Assembly (NCBI GenBank): GCA_016906335.1
Contig: JADEYG010000007.1
Span: forward strand, 2,046,001 to 2,110,000
Direction of reading: 5' to 3'
DNA from: Novakomyces olei
Taxonomy: Eukaryota
DNA length: 64,000 bases
Both the position numbers and the translations under genes were made by a program. Below the pieces are notes generated by a model. That model did no database searches. It was not told the origin of the DNA and worked only from the letters and a program-made list of their open reading frames with translations. How positions within the stretch are numbered: position 1 is the first letter of the stretch; every line of letters starts with the position of its first letter. Shown one piece after another: positions 39,384 through 51,115 of the stretch.

Positions 39384-40867
39384 GTGTAGAGGGAAAGCGG
39401 GTTGAGTGGGATTGAATAGCGTCGTGTAGTGTTTTATTAAGTTTGACCTTAGCCTGTATGCTTGCCACACTAGAAAAATACGTCGGACGTTGTAGTCTAG
39501 CGATTCGCGTCAAAATGTACAAGTAACGAGCTTGGGATTGCTTATAATGAGAATGCTCGAGGTTAGAGACAAATACGTGTTATGATTAGCTATGTAACGC
39601 GACGAAATCAAAATCTGATCTTAAAGTAATGCCAGCTTGCAATTGATCACGTGTATGTAAATTTCGTGTAATTAAAATGTGTATTCACAGCGTGCACTAT
39701 GTAAATTATACTATATTTAACATGTCCAATGCGTTATGTGTACGATTCAATCTATTTTAGTAATCCTACGAGTCATTATTTGTCTGCTAATCCCCTATAT
39801 TGTAAAGTATGGAAATTTGCATGCCGCCGGATCTTGATTGGCTCCATGGTGAGATCGCGGGAAAGATTAAATAAACCGATTATGTCATATAACCTGTCAA
39901 AGTGTGTGTACATAGTAACGCTGCGAGAATCGGAGCGTGTACTTAATTTCGGTAAGCGCCGACTCCGACCCCCCTGTCTCTGTTTTAAATTTAAATTTTT
40001 ATTTTGTTTCAATCAGATAAGGCACTTTTTAAGCTTTTAAAGCAATGATATTTCGGGTAGTCTGCAACACAAGTTCACATGTTGCACCGGCAATGAAGAC
40101 TACAGTGCCGGAATTATTTGCCGTTACATCCATTCTTGACAATGAATTTTATTATTTTGGTTCCAGTGCTGCTAAAAGACGGATGCGCTCTGAGAAGTGA
40201 TCCTCTTGTTGAAATTAAAAAATTCTCAAAAAGTCTTTTGATTGTTGTTTCTCATTTACGCTCTTACATTCGATCCAATTCGGCACACGCGGAATGCCGT
40301 ATTTTGTATAGCGCAACTCTGAGAATTATTGTGGCTTGATTCATGAATTAACAGTAAATGCTTGGCCAGATACATATTCAATAACTCTATAATAATGCTC
40401 AAGACGCAGGACGAGCTTACTACTGATTACAAGAATATGGTTGATAATTAATGCGAAAAAAATTATATTAACTCCAGTATCTATTTTGTAATAACCCCCG
40501 ATGCGAATTAGACATGAATGGCGAGATGTTTATGAACACCCTCGTCAAACATCATCGCAAGAATCCCGAGTAAGCAGTAGATGAGAATGTACAAAAAAAG
40601 TCGAAAAAGCGCAAACGAATATGAAAGTGATGTGAAGTATACGGGGATAGTATCGATCTCCTGACAATTCATAAACATTTATTTTTGTTTTTCATTATTT
40701 AAATCCGGTGATGAAAATGTATTTTTTTATATTTATATTTCTGTTCTCCATTCCAATTCAAGTGTATCGAGGGTTAAAATGTCTCCATATGATTATTGTA
40801 AAAAAAAGGGAATCAATGCTGAGGGCCGATGCCAATGTTGGGCGGCTTAAAAACCGATGCAATAAAT

Positions 40868-41467
40868 TTATAATTCGATAAGGGCTCGCCGACGCCAGAT
40901 TCGAACATCGTCAGCACCGTAAGTCGTTGCACCCAACCGGTTGTAGCGTTGACCAGTTGAATTTTCGAAGCCGTTTTTTCCAGTGGCATGGTCATTTCCA
41001 AAATAGCCGTTGTCACCGGTTTTTCCCTTGGTCGTCCAGCCATAACCCTCCCGGTCGAAGCAATGGCAATCACGTGGCCCAAAAGTATTTTCCGGGCAAA
41101 CGCATTCACGAGAACGAGACAACGAGAAACGCTCATTCCCGCCAATTACTGGGAGTGTTGGTGGAAGGCCACCTCGAGGGGTAAGCGCTAAGCCTGGTGG
41201 GGTCTGAGGCGAATAGTCGGCAGCAAAGTCCTTGCTTGATTGAAAGGGAGAAAGTTTTGGAGAGGAAGCTGAGTGAGGTGGGGAAGGTGGTAGAGGCCGG
41301 GCTCCACCACTAGTAGCTGCGTTTGCAGATGATTCAAAGTCAGCTAGCCGGCACATCTAGAGAGAGTTAGAACGTACATATAGAGAGATAGATATTCAAC
41401 ATACGTGTGAGCAATAGAGGCCACCGAGTGTCTTCTTGCCGCAGAGAATGCAAAAGTCCAAATCCAT
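40868..41467 (-). CDS. Ecl1/2/3 family (extender of chronological lifespan) zinc-binding protein; 2 exons
   Basis: Exon 1 MDLDFCILCGKKTLGGLYCSH spliced (GTATGT..CTAAC..TAG) to MCRLADF completes C-x2-C...C-x3-C. Confidence 0.85.
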
Positions 41468-42014
41468 TGTTGAGCGGGGCTGAGATTAAACAGCTTTGAA
41501 ATAAAAATCAAACCTGCACGGAACGTCCCACACGTAGGATTAGGCCCCTTGACACTGCTCGAAATATCCGAGCTGCTCAAAGTTTGTAGCCTGACAAACT
41601 GACTGCTTTGTGTTTGCTTGTCTTGCAAGCAGACTGCGGTACAAAGTACTGCCAAACTCGATGCGAGTACTGTAGACAGATACGTCAAAGACAAGCGTAC
41701 TTTAAAGATACTGTACGCTGCTTCAAGTGCTCGTGGAAGGAGAGCGGTGGTTGAAATGCTATACTTTGCGTACGGCTCTTTGTTGTCGTAAAATGTGGAC
41801 GGTTTCAAGTGGTACGAGGGGAAATGTATTTTATTTATATATCTGTATGAGAAAAATATTATGTGTTGATATATGAGCTGTTTTGCGTGAGAGCAGCACA
41901 AACTGGTGCAAAAATAGGTGCGATTACTAATTCGCGTGAAAGTGATGAAATCTCTTGTAATATTTATTAGTGATTATTCGTATTAGTAGATCGGGGCGCA
42001 CATAATTATCACGA

Positions 42015-42129
42015 ATCAAGGCGCGATATTGGGGCACATGGCGATCTCATTACGATTATAAGTAATGCCGTAATTGATTATCAAGGCGATATTGGGGAAA
42101 ATGACGATCTCTTTATAATTTTAAGTAAT
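42015..42129. repeat. Imperfect direct repeat, about 50 bp x2, period about 65 bp
   Basis: ATCAAGGCG(CG)ATATTGGGG..ATG.CGATCTC..TAAGTAAT at 42015 and 42080. Confidence 0.8.
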
Positions 42130-43352
42130 ACTACACATGATTGTGATCAAATTGATTATTAACGTGATATGGCTTACTATGAATTTCACGCTATATTGCT
42201 ACGCAATTTCAATTACTTGCTTTAAAGCTCTATATCCCTTTGAATACATTGCCAAGGCTCAAAATTACGTAAGAATAACTGCATAGTGCAAGTAAACAGG
42301 TACTGTGCACGTGTACATTTAATATGCTCAGTTGCTGCCGTGCACGCAAGACGCGTACTGACTGTTTACGCGCCAACCTTTTCAATAGCAATGCAGGACC
42401 AGAGCATGCGACATACTTACTAGATTACTGGTATTCATTGCATGAACCAGCATGCAAAAAGAGTTCCATGCAGGCAGAATGTTGCACGAGACAGATTCTG
42501 ACTGAGTCATTACGCGTTTAGTACAAGGTTACGATAAACTTGCTAAAAACATTCTTAAAAAGGGTAAGAGACTTGAGAAAAGGCCTGTATGAAACACATT
42601 GTCTCTGGTTCTGGCGTTAGCATTTCAACGTGGAATGAATAAGCGCAGTTCGTGGATCAGTAAGGAATTTGGCACATAAGAAACTACCGCAGGCACAGAG
42701 ATGTAGGTAAACTCTTTTAGGAAGGACCCTGGTTTGCCTATGTAAAATAGGCGCTGATAACCTTAATTGATCCAATCCGGCACATAATCCCATATTAGAA
42801 AGGGTAAAGGTTCACGTGACCAAGCTGTGGTCAATTCTCACTCCACTAACTCATTTTGCACGTGCTATTTTCACATTGGGTAATTCTCAATCTCCGCAGA
42901 CAACTGTTGTACAGCAAGGCCAGATCAGTCCAGTTCCCGATAATATCGGTTGATTGGGTTTCTATCTTTTGATAATGACATCTTATTCGTGATCTGCGTC
43001 AGATTGAATTTGACGTGTCATTAGAGCAGCACATTTATATCTTTTGATGCCAATAAATTACCTGTTTGCCCTAATGAATATACGTATAACTTACGCATGC
43101 CCAATTTCAAGTCGAAGTGAAAAGATTAATATAAATCACAATAAATGAAAATAATTATAAAATAAATTATAAAAATAGATGCATGGCAATGTGATTTTCC
43201 TTATAGATTATTTATTTAATCTTATACCCAGACCAACCAATTCCTTGCCACCTGCCTACTTAGCGTGAATACTTTCAAACCAGATAATATGAGAAATTCG
43301 TGTAAAAACTTCCAAAACGTCTCCTTGTCGTGATCCACATTTTCGCCTTATT

Positions 43353-44849
43353 CTAAGTAAAAGATTTAGTCTTTGATTGTGCCCATTGCGCCACGCGTAG
43401 TGCGCCCCTTTCACGCCACCGTTGCCGTTCCGCTGCCGGCGATTCGTTTGATTTTGCTGTTAATGGTTTTATAGTCCGTTCGTAAACGCGCGATTCTGTA
43501 GCAAAAGTAAATGCCTGTGGAACCGTTACTTTTCGGGTATTACCACTTGGTGCAGAAGCACGAAAACAGTGCCTTTTAGAACTCCGTTCCTCCACACACT
43601 CTTTATCGCTTCGTCGCCGCTTTTGGCTCCGTGCTAAACTTTGTGTGTGCACTACATTTTTCTCTTTAGTGGCATGGGCTTTAGAACTTTTGACTTGATT
43701 TTCTTTATCACTTTTTTGACTTTCTTTATCACTTCTTTGACTGCAGGTGTTTGGCCTGTTTGTCAATTTGCATTCGGCGACCGTCTCCTTCGATTTTATT
43801 TCCCTTTTATCTTCTGCTTCACTTTCCTGCTTTTTGTGTATACCCCCCCGTGTATCGAATAAATCTTGTGTTGGTGAATTGGATCCGTGTTTCTCTTCTC
43901 TAGTGTATTCGTCTTGGCGCTGGCCAAGTCTCTTACTGCCAATGCTATTCAGTTGTGCCGAGTAATGTCCAGCGGGTAACTTTGAGATTTGACATTCTTC
44001 CACCCTTAAAGCTGGTCTTGACAGTAGATGCAATCCCTTTCCAAATGTACTACTTGCTTTTGACTCCAGCCCCGGGAGCTCAAGTTCAGATCTTTGATTG
44101 AATTTTCCAATTGATCTGCCCTGGTCATGCCCTGTTTGAGGTGGGGATTGTCTTAGAACACGTCGAGCTGGACTTTTCAATGGGGACCTGAGATCTTGGC
44201 GCCGCTTTAAAAAATTCTGATTTTCCTCCCTGAGGATTCGCTGGGCTTTACATTCCTGCTGCTGCTTAGCAGGTACACGACGCGCTGGCGAAAGCAAAAG
44301 GCCCGATGAACTCGGAATCGGCGTCCGTTGAGGCCGAAGTGCCGACAAAGGTGCCGGTCGGGAGATGCGTCTTGCAGGGCTCTTTAGCGGCGACGCAAAA
44401 GCACTGGGAGAACTAGATTTTTTCAGAGCTGTCTGCTTTAAAATTGAACGTGGCACTTCTGCCTCCTTGTGCCGAGGTTCGTGCCGCTTGGATACCGGAG
44501 TCGATATGTTGTCATTAGACGCGAAAGCGGCCTTTGGCTTTGCACTATTGGTTTCGGGTATCTGTTCGTCTTTGGTCCGAGCCTGATGTCGCAGCGGTGT
44601 CCGCCGTTTAACGGCAGAGCTTAAAAAGTCATTATCTGCTTTTCTGTGATTCACAAGCAGTCGATGCCGCTGGGGATCAAAAGTTGGTGTGCTGTGCGGC
44701 TCAGCTGCTTGAGTTTTGCGAGTTGGAGTTTGCGGATTAGCGACCGCCATATTTTGGCCGCAATCTTTACCTAAGCTTGGTGGTGTACCATTTATGTCGC
44801 ACTCAAGACTTTTCTGACGCCTTTGCGCTCCTCGTCGCGTCTGAACCAT
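43353..44849 (-). CDS. Basic, disordered hypothetical protein with C-terminal TPX2-like motif
   Basis: Intronless ORF of about 498 aa from MVQTRRG; KVTVPQAFTFATESR; many SP/TP sites. Confidence 0.7.
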   Translation of the reverse strand: MVQTRRGAQRRQKSLECDINGTPPSLGKDCGQNMAVANPQTPTRKTQAAEPHSTPTFDPQRHRLLVNHRKADNDFLSSAVKRRTPLRHQARTKDEQIPETNSAKPKAAFASNDNISTPVSKRHEPRHKEAEVPRSILKQTALKKSSSPSAFASPLKSPARRISRPAPLSALRPQRTPIPSSSGLLLSPARRVPAKQQQECKAQRILREENQNFLKRRQDLRSPLKSPARRVLRQSPPQTGHDQGRSIGKFNQRSELELPGLESKASSTFGKGLHLLSRPALRVEECQISKLPAGHYSAQLNSIGSKRLGQRQDEYTREEKHGSNSPTQDLFDTRGGIHKKQESEAEDKREIKSKETVAECKLTNRPNTCSQRSDKESQKSDKENQVKSSKAHATKEKNVVHTQSLARSQKRRRSDKECVEERSSKRHCFRASAPSGNTRKVTVPQAFTFATESRVYERTIKPLTAKSNESPAAERQRWRERGALRVAQWAQSKTKSFT

Positions 44850-45944
44850 CGTGTAAACAAACGCTCTGATACTTGTTTCACAGTACCCCAAAATGAGTAT
44901 AATATACGATTTATTGCAATAATAAATACATGAAGATGTGGGTATTCACATTTATTTCTTTTCCTGACTACAAGAAATCAGTGTATATTATTATTATATA
45001 CACTGACTTTTGTATCGCAGCTCTGTGCCATTGTTTTTGACGGGAAATCAAGGAGCAGTAGGGTAGAAAAAATATAGAGACCAAAAGTAGAAGTAAAAAT
45101 ACGCGTAAAGAGCACCGGCAATACTGTGTAAATATAAAATACTGTGTAAATATAATGGATGGCTTTCATTGACTATTGACAACACCACTGTCGTTGGGAC
45201 ACTACCACAGAGCTCATAGATGAGTGCTGATATATAACCGTCTCGGCTCGTAGTACCAGACCAGTTTGCGACGGAGGAATAGGAACCGATATTGCTGGAA
45301 TCAATAGCAACACTTGCATCTATCTTGTGAAGAACAAAGAGAAAGGCTCTATCATTATAGTAAATCATGGAGACGCAGGCAGCCTTATTACTAGTCACAG
45401 AGTTCGCTCAGCTCAGTATCAAACTTATGCCACGAACAGCCGACGACAAAAACCAATGTACCCCCAGCCTTTAGATTCACCAGCTGAGATTGATGCTGTA
45501 GAACTCCGTTAGGGTGGGCACTTGAAGTACCGAGCTACCAAACATAATCACCCAAATGGCACAGAAATAACATATGGGTAAATACAGCTACGATAGTCGG
45601 TTCTAGCAAGTTTGATCTAGCAGCCAGAAGTATAGTGGCACGCGACGCCTCTTGTGACGCTCCTCGCATGTGTATCTAACAGCTGCCCATCAAGTTTCTG
45701 TGCCGTCCGCCGTATTGCAACCTTTTACCTTTCGAGTCTTATTGGCTTTCCAATAAAAAAGACTCGGCCATCATTGCTCACCGACACAGCCGCTCTGCGT
45801 CTGCCATGCTAGATACATTTCATCTACACTTGCATTTGCATTTGCAATGTAGCAGTGCCGGTGTCTCTGCGAGAGTATCATTACGCCTTACAGTTCTGAT
45901 TAGCAGGATGCTTGAACCAGTGGACTTTTGGAATATGGGCCATG

Positions 45945-46035
45945 AACTATAGCGGACCATATTATAGTGGATCTCATTATAGTGGAACAGTGGACCATAT
46001 AGTGGACTATATTTTGTAGTGGACCATATCATAGT
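45945..46035. repeat. Degenerate short repeat with core TATAGTGGACCA
   Basis: About 6 imperfect AGTGGA-containing units seen. Confidence 0.65.
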
Positions 46036-46339
46036 AAGCCGTTGGTGTTAACCCCAGAAAAGTAATTTGCGCCCATATATTCTTGGTCAAAAGCAAACTT
46101 TAAGCGTTGTTACTAGACTGCACAGTAATACTCACGATTTTCACGGAAAAACTTGCCCTCCTTTAAATTAATTAATTAATTGACTGATCAATTAATTGAT
46201 GAGAAAAATAACGCCTGTCACCGCCACAACTATATATTAGCATCATTCTCCCAATCTAATCCGGCCAAGCGTATTCCTCTGTGGTACATTGAGAATGCTG
46301 GATATCGTGGCCACAGGCCGTTTTGGTAACGCTTTGTCT

Positions 46340-47446
46340 ATGCCAACGACAATGCCAGCGACACAAAACGCGTTGCCCCGACTCGCGAACACGGCTAATG
46401 TAAACCGACGCGTGTATCAGCTGCAGAAACGTATAAATTTGCTAAACTACATCATCCGAATGTACGCATCCGAGAATTCCGTTCATTTTACTCTGGCTTT
46501 ATCCGTCCTTGATTTTTATTGCTGTTGTGGCGTTGCATTAATGCGAGTACAGTCATGTTTCTGGAGGTGTATGGTTTGGCACTGTTGCACTTGACCGCGA
46601 TACTATACGTAAGTATACAGGCACCCTGTTCGCCAATGTTCAAGAGCAGTAAGTTTTTCCAGCGTTTATTCAATCGGCCTCTAATCATAAAAATTACCAC
46701 GCTGCTGATCACATTCTAGGCTGCGGGCGTTTTTCATGTTTGCCCAGGCCCTGGCTGCTTTAACACAGCAATTGAATAACAGTGAAAAGGCGATACGCCC
46801 CGTTACAATTGCCAAGGGGTTAAAGGAGATTTTAATAGAGGTAGAAGCAATCAATGAGCAGCTTGCTACACAGTCTCCATCTTCCTCGTCTGGGCCATCA
46901 ATATTACCAAGGCAAAATTCACGAAAAAGCAGTATACGATCCCTCTCACTGGTAGCAAATAACGCAAGTACAGCAGCAGCGGTACCATCAACAGCGTCGG
47001 CACAGTCATGGATGCGACTTCGTTCTCAATCAGAATCACGAACAACAAATTCCAATGGTCTGGAGAACAGTATGCCTCCTTCGCCCGACCGGGTCTCAGC
47101 CTCGTTGGCTCATACGAGCCATGTTCCGATTTGCTTGGATTACATTGCAGTTCTCGTACCTCTATTGCAGCTGCTTGTCTCAGTCACAGAATCGTTGGTC
47201 TCTTCGTTACTCGGTCAGAAAGATGCTCTCTCTGGTGACTCTGTTACCGATACTTTAAAAAGCTCTCGAAGCCCAGGTTCCAAATTTAGTATATCTGATG
47301 CTTCAGCGCCTTTGTATGCAGAAGATCTGAATCAGGTGGACGCTCTGGATCGGCAATTACAATCGTTTCTGGGCAGATTACTGGGAAAATATGATGCAGT
47401 AGTCGCAGCAATTTCCGCGACTGAGCTTGATGGCCTTTTTGTTTAA
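46340..47446 (+). CDS. Uncharacterised fungal protein, multi-exon; start and middle junctions uncertain
   Basis: KRINLLNYII/..HVSGGVWFGTV and HVPICLDYIAVL..ATELDGLF; intron signals between ORFs 46289-46594 and 46736-47446. Confidence 0.6.
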
Positions 47447-47949
47447 GTAGAGGCCACTGCACTGCTGCATCTATTCAGGTACCGGAAGTTTTGCTATATA
47501 TTTGAGAATATAAACAAAAGACACCTCGCACACACTTATCCTTGCGTTTGTGTACCTATGAGCGACGCCGCGAGTAAAGGGGATGCGTATGTTGCATTAT
47601 CATTATGTGTTATATGAAGCATGCACCTTATTATATTGGCCTTTGAAGTTTTTGCAAAATTAGATCAACAAAATCGTGCGCCAAGTCAAGTCATTAGGAA
47701 TATTGCGACCTGCCGGCGTATTCTTCTTTTAATGCTCCTCAACCCGTCCATATTGAATTATTTTTTTAGCAAAATCATGTATTGCATCTTTTATTCCACA
47801 CTTGGCTCTTCTTTTGGCAATGAAATAGTCTGTTATCTTCATGGTCCCTGCTTTGTGTTTTCAAAAGTCTCCCATTATTTATTGATTCTGTTAATTAAAT
47901 TTTCAGATGTTTAATTTTTTATTCTTCGATTGTCAATTTTTTAGCTACA

Positions 47950-49248
47950 TTAATGAGCACGGTCAATTGCCTCGTCTAATGAAGCGGCTACTTGGCGAGC
48001 AGAATCCCTAAGCCAGGGCTGAGGTGGGTAAACTGTACCGGAAGGTCCCATTCGAACAAAATTGCCTTTGCTGCGTACCTGAGGATCAATCATCACTCGA
48101 ACGGGCACGTCAGCATAGGCGTCTGCCGGCGCACCAAACAACCACCCAAAGACTCCTAAGAGACGCGAAACAGCCCCAGGAATCTCCCGAGGTAAATACG
48201 TGTTGAGTGCGTAAGTAGCAGCGTCTGTGGCTACTGCGCCTGGGAATAAATGGGCTACTATGGCAGGAGAATTTTCACCTTCTCGATGGTCGGCTGCTAG
48301 TTGTGCTGCAGCATCGATCACAAAGCCGTCGCGTCGAAATCGAGCTTTTAAGCTGGCAAAAAGTCCCAAATTTCGAGCCCACGCGTGAGTCAGTTCCGGA
48401 TCTTCTATCACATTGTGATCGGGAGCCTCTTTAAAGGTGTCGGGGCCTGCAATTATACAAAGACCTCGGCGCAATTTGGGGGCAAGAGCCCTGGAAAGAG
48501 CGTAACGACTGAGGCATTGTAGGACAAAATGCCGCTCAAGTCCTTCTGTAGTCATTGTAAGTTTGGTCACGGGAGGCTCGCCTTTTCCTGTTAGTGGTAG
48601 TCAAAAGAGTGGGACAGACAAAAAAAACAATAGATAAAATTAGATAATTGTATATATAAAATGAGAAAAGATGTGATCGAGTGGATGCATAATGATACAG
48701 TCATAAATGCGACAAAGGCAAGAATTGAATTTTGAGCAGCGTATTGAGTCTTAGAAGGAAACTATTAATAGACTTAAAAATGCGGGGAAAAAAGAAGAAG
48801 AAAAGGCCAAAAAAATTAGATGCAATTGGGTATTTTGATAAATCTGGAAAAGACATAAAGCAAAGTAAATAAGGCACTGTTTAATTATACCGGCACTAAG
48901 AACAAGATAGTCAAGATTTGAACCAAAATCCTGCTGAACTTCCTTCACTAATCGATGAACATCTGACATTAATGTCAAATCAGCCTGATAGAATTTCGTT
49001 CCAGTACTGCTACCACTAACACGAGCTAATTCTCTCAAGGCTGCGGTACCACGCTCCTTATTGTGTCCACAAATACTTACGGCCGCTCCAAGGTCAGCAA
49101 ATCGCCGTGCGACTGCTCCACCAATACCGCGGGTTCCACCAACGACCAAGACAGTAGCATTTTTTACAATTTGCGCGTGTGTGCTATTAAACTGATGACA
49201 TTCATTTGCGTAGCGTTGTGCACCAGAGAGACGAAAGAAGAGAGACAT
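47950..49248 (-). CDS. Short-chain dehydrogenase/reductase-like NAD(P)-binding protein; 2 exons
   Basis: VLVVGGTRGIG, ADLT, LDYLVLSAG, TTEGLERHF, HLFPGAVAT. Confidence 0.85.
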
Positions 49249-49332
49249 TTGACTTGTTCGGTCCGATTACAATTATTTAATTATTTAAATGGACGTTTAG
49301 CAATGATAATCATGACGTAGGTACTGCTTTGC

Positions 49333-49548
49333 AAATACAATAAATACAATAAATACAATAAATACAATAAATACAATAAATACAATAAATACAATAAATA
49401 CAATAAATACAATAAATACAATAAATACAATAAATACAATAAATACAATAAATACAATAAATACAATAAATACAATAAATACAATAAATACAATAAATAC
49501 AATAAATACAATAAATACAATAAATACAATAAATACAATAAATACAAT
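49333..49548. repeat. 9-bp tandem repeat (AAATACAAT)n, about 24 copies
   Basis: Seen directly; reverse complement of the unit at 18785. Confidence 0.98.
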
Positions 49549-49745
49549 GGATACGCCATCCATATCTAAAAGTGCTACACGGAAACGAAACGAAACAAAC
49601 CAAACCAAGTATTGAACGGTTCCTAGTAGCTAACAATTTGTATACGATCATGGTCTCAAAAACCTTTATAGTCTTATCGCTGATACAACTTATGCAATTA
49701 TTAATCTACAAGTTTCGCTGCCCACTTCCCGTATCGTGCCACAGT

Positions 49746-50215
49746 TCAATTTTTATCGTAAAACAGCCGCAAAACAAAATTGACAACAACTGCGAGTAAA
49801 AGCACAGCGCAAAGAATTGTTGGTCCAACCCGATCATCATAAAGACCAGCACCGCGGCGGCGAATCGCGGATGCACGCCAGTGGTATATTACGAGTGCGT
49901 AGACCATAGCGCCTATAGCAACTGCAGTGAAAAGTGAAGCACTGATTTGTCCAACACGGTCACCGAAATTCAAGAGTCCGATGGACAAACCACCAAGCAT
50001 TACAGCGAAGTTGAGCCATGATAAGAAAGTTCTGCGGGTTAGTAAGTTTTGTTTCTCCTTTAGATTATATTTCGGAGGCCGTACCGTTCGTTGGCGAAAA
50101 ATACTTTGGGCTCTACTCGAACAGGGAGAGCAATGCGTTTGCCTGGTGCACTTTGTAATAGCGGCTGCATAAAGTTAGTATGAGAAAAGATGCCATTTCA
50201 TACCTGGGTCGACAT
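49746..50215 (-). CDS. VTC1: Vacuolar transporter chaperone 1 (polyphosphate synthesis complex); 3 exons
   Basis: [50 protein letters not shown]. Confidence 0.96.
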
Positions 50216-50446
50216 TTATGCAAAGACAGTAGAAGAGCAGATAGATCCTCAAGACAAAAAGGAGCCAGCCAGATATCCAAAGTAGAAGTAGATGACCGAA
50301 CAGCTCGAAAGGTTAAAAATACCCTACTTCTTCACTGTTGCTCAGATGAAGGAGGTAAAAATTTGAGCGAAACTCAACCAGAATATTCTCTTATTCCGGA
50401 GTACCGCCCTATAGACAATTCAATCGAGTTGCCTTCACCGCTATCT

Positions 50447-50454
50447 GCACGTGG
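50447..50454. promoter_or_regulatory. GCACGTGG Pho4-type E-box about 235 bp upstream of VTC1
   Basis: Motif seen; VTC genes are PHO-regulon members in yeasts. Confidence 0.5.
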
Positions 50455-51115
50455 ACGGAGAAACCTGGGAATATCAGTAGCAGTTTTTACAATAGAATAT
50501 CCATACATATTACTTGGAGCTGTTAATCAGTATCAGTCTGCTTGAAAAAGCTGTATAAAATTTTACGAGGTTTATATCAGCTCTTCAGCAATGTAGATTA
50601 TTATCAGCGCTGTAGATTAATCCGCGGAATTTCAAGTAGTAGAATACTCGCGAATTATACTACTAAAACTAATCTGGCCATTTGTCATATAAACTTTTGG
50701 CAGTGAGAGACGTGACAATTGACCATTTGCCGAAAGCGATTAAAGCCCAATGGCCTACTTCTTTCAAATTCGTCGGTTGTCTTAGCAAAAACAGATGACT
50801 ATTTGGGTCCTTTATTCCTTGATATACATCCCTTTTCGTGCAAAGACCGACAGGTCCGATGGTTTGGACGTTGACTCGAGTGAGATAGACGACGACGATA
50901 AATTACTTTGCTTCCCCGCAACTGAGTATAAAGCACTCGGGTACTCTTGAATTATAGTAATATCGTCAGTACTCTGTTTATGGTAACAGACGTTTTACGA
51001 GTTACTTGCCAGAGATGCGCGTAATATTGATTATTTCGGTACTGTAGATTATATATATACACACACAAAAACGGCCTAGGTAGCTTCGACCAACGACGAC
51101 TTGGCGGCATTTGAT

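Noticed and set aside
39400..40800. 1.4-kb gap as a transposon remnant or LTR
   Set aside because: No terminal repeats, target duplication or transposase/RT-like peptide visible
41344..41901. 185-aa ORF upstream of the Ecl1-like gene
   Set aside because: Non-ATG start, no motifs, and it overlaps the true Ecl1 exon 1 in another frame
45048..45512. Short ORFs on both strands
   Set aside because: No ATG start, recognisable domain or convincing splice model; probably intergenic
49281..49651. (LYL)n, (FIV)n, (CIY)n ORFs
   Set aside because: Translations of the 9-bp array
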